From NCBI RefSeq assembly GCF_030028105.1, contig NC_092371.1, forward strand, positions 126,945,343 to 127,009,342: a stretch of DNA of 64,000 nt. Direction: 5' to 3'. Origin of the DNA: Mobula birostris (taxonomy: Eukaryota). A program made the position numbers and the translations under genes. Shown here piece by piece: positions 1 to 12,327 of the stretch (position 1 is its first letter; every line of letters begins with the position of its first letter). The notes beneath the pieces are model-generated. The model made no database searches and had not been told where the DNA came from. It saw only the letters and a program-made list of their open reading frames with translations.

Positions 1-95
1 ATGTACCTATCCAAACTTCTCTTTAGTACTGAAATCAAGCTTGCATACACTACTTGCGCTGACAGCTCATTCCACACTCTCATAAACCTGTGAAA
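1..95 (-). mobile_element. CR1 LINE 3' fragment (inverted counterpart of 22385-22475)
   Basis: Reverse complement matches the CR1 3' sequence at 22385-22600 (gagagtgtg..aatgagctgtcagc..agaagtttggataggtacat). Confidence 0.7.
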
Positions 96-102
96 GATGA
101 AT

Positions 103-352
103 AGATGAAGAAAATTGATGTTCTTGAGTGGCCCAGTCAAAGTCCTGATCTTAATCCCATTGAACATCCCTGGGAAGACCTCAATATTGTTGGCCACTGC
201 CACTCCCCAACTAACCTGGCACAGCTTGAGCAATTTTTCAAGGAGGAATGAGCAAAGCTTGCTCTATCAGAGCTAAGCTAGTAGAGACTTATCCAAAATG
301 TCGACTGGCTGTAATGTCTGCGAGAGGGGGATCAACTAAGTACTGAGCAATT
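103..352 (+). mobile_element. Tc1 transposase C-terminal fragment
   Basis: Translates [30 protein letters not shown], the Tc1 DD34E '[12 protein letters not shown]' motif. Confidence 0.85.
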
Positions 353-511
353 GTTTGTACGTGCCATGCCATATGACATGAGTGATCATGGTCTTTTCGT
401 GACCCTGATTGATCTTTGCTAATCATTGTACTGAAATGGTTTGCTGTTTGCTTCTTCTGGGCAGTGTATTTATGAATTTATGATACAGGTGATGACAGCC
501 ATTATCAACAC
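353..511 (-). mobile_element. SINE-like repeat, 3' half (counterpart of 21997-22122)
   Basis: Reverse complement contains acactgcccagaagaag..aaaagaccatgatc, also present at 22030-22110. Confidence 0.55.
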
Positions 512-765
512 TGCTGAATCTTGGTTATTTTTCTGATCCTTAAGGTTCTTCCGTTTGGTCAAGAATGGTGAGGAGTTTTAATTTTCATCAATTGTTTATT
601 TCAACGTTTAAACAAACAAACATTTGAAACGACGTGAAGAACTGAGAAGCACAGCAGCGATTCAACAAAAAGCAAAGATGGAGAAGATAAAAAGATGATG
701 AAGATGGCATCTGTGAAAAATCCATCACCTTTAATAATCCAGTTGATAGAAAATTCCTCAGTTAC
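512..765 (-). mobile_element. 3' half of solo LTR 'X' (counterpart of 21735-21996)
   Basis: Inverted copy of 21735-21996, with AATAAA and a ..CA end on the minus strand. Confidence 0.5.
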
Positions 766-1130
766 TGTCAGAGGATTTTTAAAATAAAGCTTGATACCAG
801 ACTTCAAGTGTTGAATCTTCTATTTAGCAACATATCATGGAGAGTTCAAGCGTGAATTCTAAGGTAGAATGGTAGTAACAGACAAGTGTACAAAACCAAC
901 CCCTGCACCCTCCCCGCCCCATTTGCAAGACAGAGAGTTAATTTGTAGTTCATTTATCTGCCATTTGTGCAGCTGTGTCATCACTTTAATGAGAAATTTG
1001 GCCAAAACTATAATCTTGGCTATGCAGGCCAGACACTTTAATTACATAAAAACAGGATGTTCTCAAGGACACCAAACCCACACCAATAGATGAAGTTCTT
1101 TTAACCCTCCATTAAAATCTCTCTTCCACA
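766..1130 (-). mobile_element. ERV 3' LTR (inverted duplicate copy)
   Basis: Minus strand reads PPT aaaaaggagggaat, then TGTGGAAG... to ...CTGACA; homologous to 21368-21734 and 17366-17744. Confidence 0.75.
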
Positions 1131-1160
1131 ATTCCCTCCTTTTTGATTGGAAGATCAGGT

Positions 1161-4100
1161 CTATAGATTGGTGTCTGCAAAAGGGGCCTCATACACTAGA
1201 GGTAGCGGTCGCATTTTTAAACATTCTTGTGCATCATAATTATCTTCTTCCACACTGTTTTCAGAGACAGTTATTCAGAGACCTCATATGAAATAAAGCA
1301 AGAGTCTCTCTTGTCTTGTCTTTCACTGGGAAAGGGTATACATCAGCATAGGTGGCCTTAAGCATTTGGGGGCCCATTTCAAGAGTTAATGTGGGGTGCT
1401 ACCCCAGCTTCCCAAAAAAAAGAAAGAAAAAAAGTGAATATTCAAGTTGGTTTGCATCAATAATGGTATAATTTCGGACTTAAACGTTGGTGCATTATAT
1501 GCACTTTCAACATAATGGACAGACAGCTCAACATAATCCAAACAACTCTCTTAATTAAAAACTGAAACAATGACATTTTTTGCTTTGGAGTGAGAAGCCT
1601 CGCTCTTTTCAGCAACTAGTCTACATTGAATGGCACTATGTGTTAGGTATCAGCTGACATAAGAACAGCTTAAACAATTTCCCTCTAATTAAATTAATAA
1701 CAAAAGCATTGTCATGTTTAATGAAAATTCACACTTTATTTATTCAATGAACAGTGTCTGAAAGTTAACTACTGGAAGTTTAGAACAAGCTGCGTCTCGT
1801 GCTCTTTCAGCACCACGGACAGCTCATGTAAGGTCTGGAGAGTGAACAGGAGGAGAGTGAGAGAGGGAGAGGATGCAAGCGGGAGAGAGAAATTACGATT
1901 TGTAGAAACGCCACCTAATCACCTACACACGTTTTGAGTGAAATACTTGGTTTATTTTATTATTTTAATTATGAACTTTATTTCAGCTAAAAATTTGTTA
2001 AAATACTTACCACTAGAACTTCACCACACCCCTGTGCTTGAGTGCTGAGAATGCTTTAATGAGCTCATTTTTGTCCAGCGATCTTGTTATTTCATGCTCA
2101 ATTGATATCTGAGCAAGAGCTGACAGACGTTCCTAGAGCATGGTTGTCCTCAGATGCGTTTTGATGAGCTTTAGCCTCGAAAAACTTCTCTCTCCACTCG
2201 CTACAGTCACAGGCACTGTCAGCATGAGTCTTAGAGCAACGGTGAGGTTAGGATACAGTTCAAACAGATTGTTGCTGTAAATGTAGCTCAGAATCTGCAA
2301 GCCAGTGGTTTCTTTTGCAGGCACGGCACTGACAGCAGCTGACACCTCACGCAAAAGGTCCTCAGCATCCACATCACCAAGTGACCTCTCCATGTTTACA
2401 CAACCGTCTTTCAGTGTGCAACTTTGGGTGGCTTTTTTCATTTCCTCTCTTCCATAAATGAAGCCAAACAGACTGTAAAGTGACTCCATCAGCTTGAACT
2501 GCTCACTAATGCCTGTGATGGCAGAGTCCATTAGTGGAAGGAAAACTTCTCTCTTGTACCGTTCCTCGGGTGCCACTGTTAGGGAAGGATCTGCACTTTG
2601 GGACTTTTACTGGAACTGGCATTTTGGTTTTCTGATTCATGCAGTAGGAAAGACCATTGGCATCCCTCTCTCTTCAGCTATGTCTCTGGCATCTGTTTGG
2701 GTGGATGAAAGGCTGTTCTCTCTGTATCCTTGAGAAATTTCAGAACATATTCCATCTCGCGCTGTAGCATATCGATTCCCACTTGTGGGCTCTGGAGCAG
2801 CTTGCTGACATGATTCACCTCATGTAAAACATTGTACCAGATGATAACAGTCAGCAGGAATTTCCATGACATGATCTCCTGTTCTAGGCCTCTGGCTGCA
2901 GATGTGGTTTCACTGTCACCTTTCTGTGTGGCATGTTCAGTCAGTGACAGGAGCGCATTGCCAACATCAGGAAGCTGGTAGCACAGGACTTTCACACTTT
3001 CCACGCGGCACTCCCATCGCATGTTGGATATGGCCTTGAGGGTCATCTGTGGCACGTTCTCCTTGAAAAGCTCCCATCTCTGTGTCGATGAACTGAATAA
3101 CATGTATAGAAGTTGCCGCACCCAAAGAAGCTCACAGACTCCACTGTTGATTTTGCAGCATCGACAATGACTAGGTTTAGGCTGTGGCTGGCGCATGGCA
3201 TGAACAGTGCTTTTTTGTTAATATCTAGCACCCTCTTCTGCACCCTGCTATTTTCCCCCGCATATTGCTCCCGTTATCATATGCCTGCCCCGTGCATTTT
3301 GAGATACCTAATCCTAACTTCTCCATATGCGTTTAGAAAATGTCGGTTGGGCCTGCACCTGTTGTGTCGAGCACTGGTAGGAAACGGACAAAGTACTCAC
3401 TAACAGCAGCTCCGACATTGACTTGGCCTGTGACAATGCGCAGTGTCACAGAGAGCTGCTCTGTGTGTGCAGTCATGGTGCAGTCCATTATCACCGAGTA
3501 GTAACGTGATTGTTCACTCTCTCTGTGATCACTTCCAGTGTCTTGTCTCCAGTAAGTGTGATTAACTCATTTTGTATGATTTTCTCCATGTAGTGGTCAG
3601 CAATCTCTTTTTTCTCTGCTCGTCTGACACATTCGCTCATCACTGGGTCGAACTCGGCAAGCAGCTCCACCAGACCTAGAAAGTTCCCATTATTTGGTTC
3701 ATGTAGGGTGGAATTGTGGACACGGAAAGCAAGGTTTCATTCTGCAAGGTGACAGACTATGGCAATGAACCTCTTCATGACATCATTCCAGTGTTTTTTT
3801 TTCCAGTATTTGCATTTCTTGGTACATGCTGTCAATGGCACTGTGCATTCTTAAGTGTGTTTCCAGCTCACACCAGCTATCCATGTTGGCACGGTGCGCA
3901 TTTGACTTCTCATGATCATGGAGTGTGAGAGTGAGTCGCTCCCACACTCTGAAACCTCCGCAAGTGAGACTGTGATTTCGCTTGTCAAAAAGGGTACAGC
4001 AGAAACAGAAGATTGAATGAGATGATTCTGAGTACACTAACCATGACCTACGAATGGTTTCTCCATTTTTCATCTTCATAAGATATTTATCCTTGGTAAA

Positions 4101-5218
4101 ACGATGGCGTGATTGGCTCTGTGGAAAGTTAATGTCCTCTAACTGAACGGGACCACTCCTAACAATGTCGATCAGTTCGTAACTGGTAATATGCGTTGGC
4201 CAATGTGCCGGATTGGTCTCTGTGAATGTTAGTGGGGCTTTCTCTCTGTCTGGTGGGCTGGTGGCGGCATCTCCCTCACCTGTCTCAGTTGTAGGACTCT
4301 CATCATGCTGTGGTGCTTGTTCATCAAACAAAGTTTGGTCATCGTTATCACCATCTGTTTGAGTAGAGTTGTTCTTCTCATTTTCATTGCTCTGATTATC
4401 AACATCTCCTGTACCACTTACACTGTCAATTGGCACTGCAGCCCCATGCTGTGACAATGGTGCAGCAGCAACTGCAGTCGACGGGCCTCTTACAGATACT
4501 GGACCAAAGAAAGATGTAACTTTTGGGAGACTTTAGATGTTTTGTTTTATTGTCTAATATTTTCCGTTTTTCAGCACCACTACGATAGGAACGCTTCATT
4601 TTCCTCTCATTGAAAAGTAGCCTTCTTTGCTAGGAGCAATATTTACAAGTGAAGTAAATATTTAAATGTATTTTCTCAGATGTCAGTCTGATGGTTCGGC
4701 TGGCAATAGCAGGAGAATATTGTGGTGTCTGGGAGCTGTGCATTAAATTTTTGCATGTCAGTCGGGGGCCCCTGGGAGGGCGCGGCCCATTTCAGTTGAA
4801 ATGGGTGAAACATAGCTAAGGCCGCTGATGCATGTCAGACAAATATACAGTTGCAAGATGGAGTGAATAACTACAGCCAAGCAAATTAGGGCAATAAGTC
4901 CATGAAAGAAGGCAGACCTCTCTTCCTCAAGTGCTGATTTAATCCAGCTAAAGAAATCCCACCCTTAGGAGAAGCCTGAGAATTTAGAGTGGCCTCTGTA
5001 ATTCATCTTGTAGTTGAGTTATATGTTCCAATAGATGAGTCAATGTTTTTGAAACATCTGGTATATGCTGCACTCTTATGTGCAACCATCTTTCTCAACT
5101 AGTGCACCAACCCCACCTTCTTTTGCTTAGACATAGTCCAGGGTAACCCTGTTTTGACTACTCAGAGTTTTTGCATTTACTGATTCATAATAGAGAATCC
5201 TTCTATAGTTTAATTAAC
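1161..5218 (-). pseudogene. env: Retroviral env TM-subunit remnant (pieces 5218-4831 and 1340-1161, split by hAT insertion)
   Basis: Hand translation with stops/frameshifts: VN*TIEGFSIMNQ*MQKL*VV / QNRVTLDYV*AKEGGVGALVEKDGCT / IPDVSKTLTHLLEHITQLQDE / WDFFSWIKSAL..FHGLIALICLAVVIHSILQLYICLT / ..ECLKMRPLPLVYEAPFADTNL*. This is heptad, ISD, decayed CX6CC, TM and tail, followed by PPT and LTR. Confidence 0.85.
1341..4830 (-). mobile_element. hAT (Tip100/ZMYM1-like) DNA transposon with frameshifted transposase (~4599-2020)
   Basis: N-terminal MKRSYRSGAEKRK; TTF-type Zn finger (WLVYSESSHSIFCFCC..HEKSNAH); PCASHSLNL; hATC motif PVTVASGERSFSRLKLIK. Imperfect TIRs (catcagc..ggccttaagc / gctaaggccgctgatg). 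Absent at the equivalent site near 21170. Confidence 0.9.
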
Positions 5219-5224
5219 TAGTCA

Positions 5225-6650
5225 TTCTACGTTAAAGAACACAATAATTAAAAGCAGCAAATATAAATACATAAGATAGCTTATGTACATAGACTGGTTG
5301 TATGTCTATAAAGTGACGCTGGCATCTGTAAATAAGGCGGCTGATGGGGACTAATGAAGCAGTGTGTGGTGGAGGTGTTGAGCAGTCTTACTGCTTAGGG
5401 AAACGATCTATTTTTGGTCTGGTGGTCCTGGCATGGATGGTACGTAGCCTTGTCCCAGATAGGAGTGGGACAAACAGTCAATGGGCAGGGTGGCTGGAAA
5501 CTTTCATGATTTTGCTTCTCTATATATACGTAGATGATGGTGGGTTGGCTGGTGTCAGTGATGTCTTTGGCAGTTTTGACTACCCTTCCTGCCTGTCGCT
5601 GTGTTTTCCATACCATGAGGTTATACAATATATTACTGCACATTTGTAGAATGACTCAGATCTGCAGAAAGACGAGCATCGATGTACATAGTCCAGGGCT
5701 TTTCAGCCTCATCGGGAATTAAAGGCATTGGTGGGGTTTCGTGAATGTGTGGAATGTGTTCTGAGACCATGAGAGGTTGTGTGAGATGCACTCCCACGAG
5801 TTTGAAATTCCTTACAAGAAAAAATCTGCAGATGCTGGAAATCCAAAGGAACACACACAAAATGCTGGAAGAACTCAACAGGTCATACAGCATCTATGGA
5901 AAAGAGTAAACTGTCAATATTTCAGAGTGCGACCCTTCTTCAGAAATCCTGGTAGCTTCCTGTGTTGTATCGCCGATGTAAAGTAGGGTGTGAGGGATGC
6001 GGGTTCTCCTAAAGTTGATAACCATATCCTTGGTCTTGTTAACTTTGAGATGGAAGTTACTTGCCTGGCACCAGACCTCGAGCTCTTCCACGTCCTCTCA
6101 TTGTTGTTGGTAAAGAGCCCCACCATTGACATATCATCGACGAACTTGACAATATGATTACTCAGATGTTAGGCCACGTAGTCATTCGAGAGCAGAGTGT
6201 ATAACAATTGGTTCCACAGTCTTCCCTGGTGGTCACCTGTGTGAAGATCATTGAAAGGGAGGAGTGGTTGAGCACCCTGACTATACAAGGTCCATTGGTT
6301 AGGAAGTCCAACACCAAGTTGCACCGTGGTATGTTTAGACTGAGGAGTAGGAGCTTGTTCATCAAGGCTTGTGAGACAATGATGCTGCATGCCAAACTGA
6401 AATCTAGAAACAATATTCTGACATAATATGTCCTTGTTTTCTAAGTGTGTCAGGACCCAGGTGCATGTCAGATGCAATGACATCTGTTGTAACGTGGTTC
6501 TGCCAATGTGCATATTGGTGAGTACTGGATCCAATCTGGCAGGAATGGAATTTTTTGAAAAGTACAATTTCCAGTCGTTCAAAGCATTCATGGTGATTGG
6601 CACGTCCCCACATGCTTCAAATCAGCTGTGTCTGTATTGTTCTGTAGCCT
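5225..6650 (-). mobile_element. Rex1/Babar-type LINE RT fragment, containing a Penelope terminal-repeat piece (~5812-5950)
   Basis: FLDFSLACSIIV..LMNKL..CNLVLDFLT and WCQASNFHLKVNKTKDMVINFRR resemble the Rex1 RT at 41105-42760. Confidence 0.7.
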
Positions 6651-6959
6651 CTTGAAATCCTGTGCATTGGAGCCATCAGAACAGGCAGTGATACAACCAG
6701 TTAGAATGCTTTACACCGTACATCTATAAAAATTTGCGACATAAATAACTGGAAAAAAAAGCAGTAAGTATTGAGAATATGAGACGAAAAGTCCTTGAAA
6801 GTGAGTTCGGTGTTTATGGGAAAATATCACTGATGATGGAGCAAGCGAGGTTGAGTGACGTTATCCCCTTTGGTTCAAGAGCCTGATGGTTGAGGGGTAG
6901 CAGCTGTTCCTAAATTTGGTGCTGTGAGTCCAGAGACTCAACTCCTGTACTTCCAGAAG

Positions 6960-7590
6960 CTCTTTTGTTGCTTCTCAACTGATTACTCTGCTAGGGTTGA
7001 CTTCCAATCAATTTGGCCCAGCTCATCTTTCATGCATCCTGACTCACTTTTAAACTGAAATGTTCATTCAATGATAATATGATCATTGCCTCCTAATGGT
7101 TGTCTCATCGTAAGCTCCTGGATCAAATCTGCCTCACTTCAGAACATCACATCCAGAACTGCTCCTTGATCTTGTTTCGTATACTGCATGCAATGAAATA
7201 CCCTAACTTCGGTCCCATATTCATCGCTCCCCCTCTCAAAGTCATCTTCATGTTACTGGAAAGTAGATTCCTGGGCATTTTGAAATATTGTCCTATTTTT
7301 TATTCTGGAGTGTTTAATAACTTTTCCTGTGCTCTCTTTCCCTTTGACCACTTTCTCAATATTCCATGACTTTGAAACAACTCGCCCACCAACTGTTTAT
7401 TTTAAAACTCACTCTGCGATTCACCAGGACTCCAGTCCCGGCATAATTCAGGCGGAGTCCATCCCATGAGTACATCTCTGATCTTCCCCAGAACTGGTGC
7501 CAATGACCAATGCATTCAAACCCACTTCTCCAACACCAGTCTTTAAGCCAGACATCCACCTCTAATCTTGTTAGCTCTGTGCTAGTTAGT
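6960..7590 (-). mobile_element. CR1 fragment (ORF1 SGNH-esterase and ORF2 pieces)
   Basis: WLKDWCWRSGFECIGHWHQFWGRSEMYSWDGLRLN is a CR1 ORF1 esterase motif. Confidence 0.65.
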
Positions 7591-7594
7591 ATGT

Positions 7595-8145
7595 GATGAA
7601 GTTAGAATCACAAACCAATTGGAAAACCTCTGACCGCCTTGTGCTGCTCAGAGATATCATTGTCCATGTGCAGGTCAGATGGGTGGATGCCAGTCTGATT
7701 AGCTTGGACCAGCAGAAAGTCTTCAGTCAGGTACACTTCCCTCAGTTTTATTTGTGTGTTCCATTGGAGTTCATCAGGAAGAACAAAAGCTTTATGAGGT
7801 GTTGTCACCCAGGTTAAAATATCTCTGTACATGGATGATGTTGTGGCCTTTTCTTCGAATCCACAGTCATTTTGCAGATTGATCAGCATCTGCCAGTCAG
7901 TCTAAATTGGCATTAGTGGCCAGAGTCAAGCACACTAAGAACAAGGCAATGCTTGTTGGCAGTGGCCCGACCAATCCAACATCCCCTTCACCATCAGGTC
8001 TCACTACCCGAAGCAGTGGTTCAGAGGTTCTGAGGTGACTTACAAGGATTGATTGGAGCAGATTAAGAAGGCAAACAAAATATAGGCTCTGTTGAGGCAG
8101 CTTTCTCTGTCCATAATGGGAAAGAACTATGTCGTCAGGTGACGA
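7595..8145 (+). mobile_element. Tx1/L1-clade LINE RT fragment
   Basis: SLDQQKVF and QVKISLYMDDVVAFSSNPQS (RT YxDD). Confidence 0.7.
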
Positions 8146-8149
8146 TGCC

Positions 8150-9725
8150 GGATTCTGAGAGAAATATCGGCAATTCCTTTCCTTCCACAGATGCTGTTTG
8201 ACCTGCTGACACTCTCCAGCACAGTGTTTGTTGTCCCAGATTCCAGCATCCAGTCTCTTGAGTCTCTATATTCAAGAGCACGTTCTCGTACCCTGTGCAC
8301 TGTTGCACAAAGTAAATATTAATTACTTAATGGGGGAAATTCATTTTTCTGTAACACAATGCTGTTAAGTTGTAATTACTCAGATAGCCAAATTTCCCCT
8401 TGTTCACTTTTAATTTCAAAATTAATGTCTGTGCTGGAAACACAGACAAATCTCTCCATACTAATTTCCACCGGGTCTGAAGGAAAGGTTTATGAAATTT
8501 TGTGACTTTCAATATGGTATTTACATGAGCTCTCTGATGCAGGAGTAAGAGATAAAATGTGAGAAGTGTTAGAAATTGGGAAACTAAGAGCAATTGTGCT
8601 TTGAAATTCATTAGGCAACACAGTCAAGGTAGACTCGCAACATCAAAAGACACACCACCCAGCAGACAAAGAAGGCAGTTGAAATGCTGGTCCTGTAACA
8701 GCACAGTTTCAAGGAACATGGTTTGCAGAGGTTTGGTTGTTCTTTGCTTCGTTATTCAGAGATGAGACAGGTATTGCATGTGTACTGTCATTCAGTTTAT
8801 TTAGAAATTGTGTGATGGAACTACTACTACTACGTTGACTCAGGCCTACGGGGCCGCTGTCGGGCACGATGACAGACTCCCCACTTCTCCCTCTCCCTCA
8901 TCAGTGTGTTCACTGATAAGATGAAATAAGATGCAAATAAAGCAAAGCAAAAACCAGCGAAACTGTCAAGATGAATTGACAGGTGATATCACTCTGCCAC
9001 AGGGTTAAGAAAATTAACCAATTTATAAAAAATAATGTGCGATCCAGTGTCCTGCATGTGGGGACATTTGATGCCAGAAGAGAGAACAAACAAGAATGTT
9101 ATGGAAATACTGCTGCATCCCATTGCTCTGATGGAGGGTGGAATTAACTCTGTGCTGATTCCATTGATGTCTGTTCAATTGGGACAAGTACGTGAGCAGG
9201 TACAGACCCATTTTCTCCAGTCACCATACTTCTGCTATCTCATATCTCATAAATGAAAATAAAATATGCAGATGTTGGAAATCGTAGAAAGATGCACAAA
9301 ATTCTTGAAGCACTCAGCAGGGCAGGCAGTATCTGTGGAAAGTAAAACTACCAAAGTGAATCCGGTCATAAAGACAAAGAGAAACATATAGCGTGTACCA
9401 TGATCCTTCAGCCCACTGTTTCATGTTGTCTATAGATTTGCCCACATTTGGTCCAAATCCCTCTGATCCTTTCCTATCTATATACCGTACATGCTCAAGA
9501 ATCTGGCCTCAAGCACGTACCTTGGTGGTTTATTCAATGTACAAACATCTTCTAGGTGGAATGGTCATTATTCTGACCCCTGACAATCACTACTGGCACT
9601 GACCTAGAGTGCAAAAAACAATCTTGCACTATCATCGTCTGCTCTTCCTACTGTTGTATTTAATATTTCAGGAATATTTGAGTAACCTTGTGTATATATA
9701 TACAATTAGATTAAGCATTATGATT
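8150..9725. repeat. Direct duplication unit 1 (~1.5 kb), copy of 10855-12325
   Basis: Collinear similarity throughout, e.g. gtgctttgaaattcattaggcaacacagtcaa and ccattgatgtctgttcaattgggacaagtac in both copies. Confidence 0.85.
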
Positions 9726-9739
9726 TATTTAAATAATTC

Positions 9740-9990
9740 ACATGCGGTGGTGCATGCACTTGATGGAGTCGTTGTGTGGAACTTACTGAGGGAGCAGGAT
9801 AACAACCCAAGGTCCTTGACATCCACAAGCCGGCAGTTCTTAAGATTGATTAACAGTCCTTGGGCACCCAGGAAATCTGAACCGAGCGAAGGTCTAACCA
9901 CTTTAGCCAGGAAGAACTCCCATGTGTACTGTTGTCTACCGAAGCAGAGCGTCACCTGCCCTGTCCTGTAAGTCTGGATCCTGCTGCCGT
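9740..9990 (-). mobile_element. Gypsy protease-region fragment
   Basis: TLCFGRQQYTWEFFLAKVVRPSLGSDFLGAQGLLINLKNCRLVD (retropepsin C-terminal LGxDFL). Confidence 0.65.
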
Positions 9991-9994
9991 TGGC

Positions 9995-10395
9995 ATCCTC
10001 CAGTGAGGCTTCATTGTTTCAACAGTGCCAATATGTTGTTTGCCATCTCAATCTGCTCCAATCAATCCTTGTAACTTCTCTCAGAACCTCTGAACCACTA
10101 TTTCAGGTAGTGAGACCTGACGGTGAAGGGGATGCTGGATTGGTCGGGCCAGTGCCAACAAGCATGGCCTTGCTCTTAGTGTGCTTGACTCTGGCCACTA
10201 ATGCCAACTTAGACTGGCTGCAGATGCTGAACAATCTGCAAAATGTCTGTGGAATCGAAGAAAAGGCACCAACATCATCCGTGTACAGGAATATTTTGAC
10301 CTGGGTGAAAACACCACCTTTTTAAAGCTTTCGACCTTCCTCATGAATTCCTATGCAACATACAAACAAAACAGATGGAGGTGTGTCTGACGGTA
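9995..10395 (-). mobile_element. Tx1/L1-clade RT fragment, inverted relative of 7595-8145
   Basis: Reverse complement encodes QVKIFLYTDDVGAFSS and aligns with 7740-8090. Confidence 0.7.
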
Positions 10396-10854
10396 GGCTT
10401 GATGGAGAGGCTACGGGTCTTGAATATTTCCTTTACTTCCAAACTAGTTTTCCCACTCTACCTGTGTATTGTAGCCCACTGTGATCACTGTAATATTGCC
10501 TTTCTCAAAGTATTCTCACTCTCCTGGTGTATTTTGTATCTCACAGCCTGTCTACAATTCAGAGGCTGATATGTTACTGCCATGAGGACCTTTTCATTTT
10601 AATATTCCTCAAATTTACCCACAAATATTCTACTTCTTCTGATCTATCTCCTTGCTATTGAATTGTTCTTGTTCATTTTACCAACAGGCCCATCCCAACA
10701 TTCTGCCCACTTCCCTGTCTTTTTGACAGAATGTACATCCTTGGATATCTAGCTCCCAGCTCTAATGCTCTTTGAGCCATGTCTCCATGAAGCCCTCAAC
10801 GAAGTTCCCAAAATTTTCAATCTGCACTGTAGCTCATTTACCTTGTTATGTATA

Positions 10855-12325
10855 CTTGAGTGCTGAGTTCCTCCAGAACAGTGTTTGCTGTTCCAGATTC
10901 CTGTATCTACAGTCTCCAGTGTCTCCATATCCAAGAGCACATTCTCATACCTTTTGCATTGTTGCACAAAGTAAATCTCAATAACTTGCTGGGGCCGGGA
11001 GTGGGGGTGGGTGTGGTAATTTTACTTTTCTCTGACACTATGCTGTCTTATTTTAACTTAATTTGTAATTAATCTGACAGCTCTATTTTCCATTGTTCAC
11101 TTTTATAAGATTTCAAAATGAATGTCTGTGCTCAAAGCACAGCCAAATCTCCCTATATTACTTTCTGCCAGGACTGAAGGAAAGGTTTATGATGTTTTGT
11201 CACTTTCAATATGTGATTTACATGAGCTGTGTGATGCAGGAGTGAGAAACAAAATGTGGGAAGTGGGGGAAGTTTGGAAACTAAGAGCAGTTGTGCTTTG
11301 AAATTCATTAGGCAACACAGTCAATGTACACTTGCGTCATTAAAAGACACATCACGGAGCAGCCAAAGAAGGCAGTTGAAATGCTGCTCCTGTATCAGCA
11401 CAGTTTCAAGGGACATAGTTTGCTGAGTCTGGCTGTTCTTTGCCTCATCATTTAGAGATGAGACTGGTTTTGCATGTGTACTGTTGTTCAGATTATTTAG
11501 AAATTTTATGATGGAAAATAAGGTGCAAATGAAGCAAAGCAAAAAGTGGCCAAAATGTCAAAATGAATTGACAGGTGATATCACTACTCCAGGGTTAAGG
11601 AAATTTACCCTCTTTGTAAAGATACATTTTGATCCAGGATTTGCATTCAGGGACATTTGATGCCAGAGAAAGGAACAGGTAAGAATCTTATGGAAATGCT
11701 GTTATGTTCCGTCACTGTGATGGACTTGATGGAATTAACTCTTTATGTGCTGATTCCATTGATGTCTGTTCAATTGGGACAAGTACTTGAGCAGGTACAG
11801 ACCCGCTTTCTCCAGTCACCAACCTCCACACTGGACCTTCTGGTATCTCTTATCTCATAAATAAAAATAAAATATGCAGATGTTGGAAATCTGAGAAAGA
11901 TAAACAAAATTCTTGAAACATTAAGTTGACCAGGCAGTATCTGTGGAAAGTGAAATTAACAAAATAATTCGTCATAAAGACAAAGACTCACATACAGTAT
12001 GGAACATGATACCTTCAGCCCACTGTTTCGTGTTGTGATAGATTTGCCAATGTTACCTCCATATTCCTTTGAACCTTTCCCATCTATATACTGTACGTGC
12101 CCAATTATCTTTTATATGTTGTTCATGTACCTGCTTCAAGTACATACACTGGATGTTTATTTGCTGTACAACCATTGTCTGGATGCAATGGTCCTTATTC
12201 TGACCCCTGACAAACACTACCGGCACTGACCTTCAGTGCAAAAGACAATCTTTCACTGTCATCGTCTGCTCTTCTTACTGTTGTGTATTTAATATTTCAG
12301 TAGTCTTTGAGCAATCTTGTATATA
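10855..12325. repeat. Direct duplication unit 2, copy of 8150-9725
   Basis: Collinear with unit 1; lacks the ~95-bp (CTA)n-tailed insert at 8820-8915. Confidence 0.85.
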
Positions 12326-12327
12326 TA

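Noticed and set aside
601-807. Conserved 68-aa hydrophobic ORF also at 21693-21896
   Set aside because: It spans an LTR/LTR junction with a TTG start; the similarity is explained by the inverted duplication.
2133-4457. Host ZMYM1-like gene (likewise ZBED5/SCAND3-like at 55950-57500)
   Set aside because: Frameshifted transposases bounded by TIRs, with empty paralogous sites in this window.
1161-5218. Domesticated syncytin-like env gene
   Set aside because: Multiple stops and frameshifts, no SU region, and a hAT insertion.
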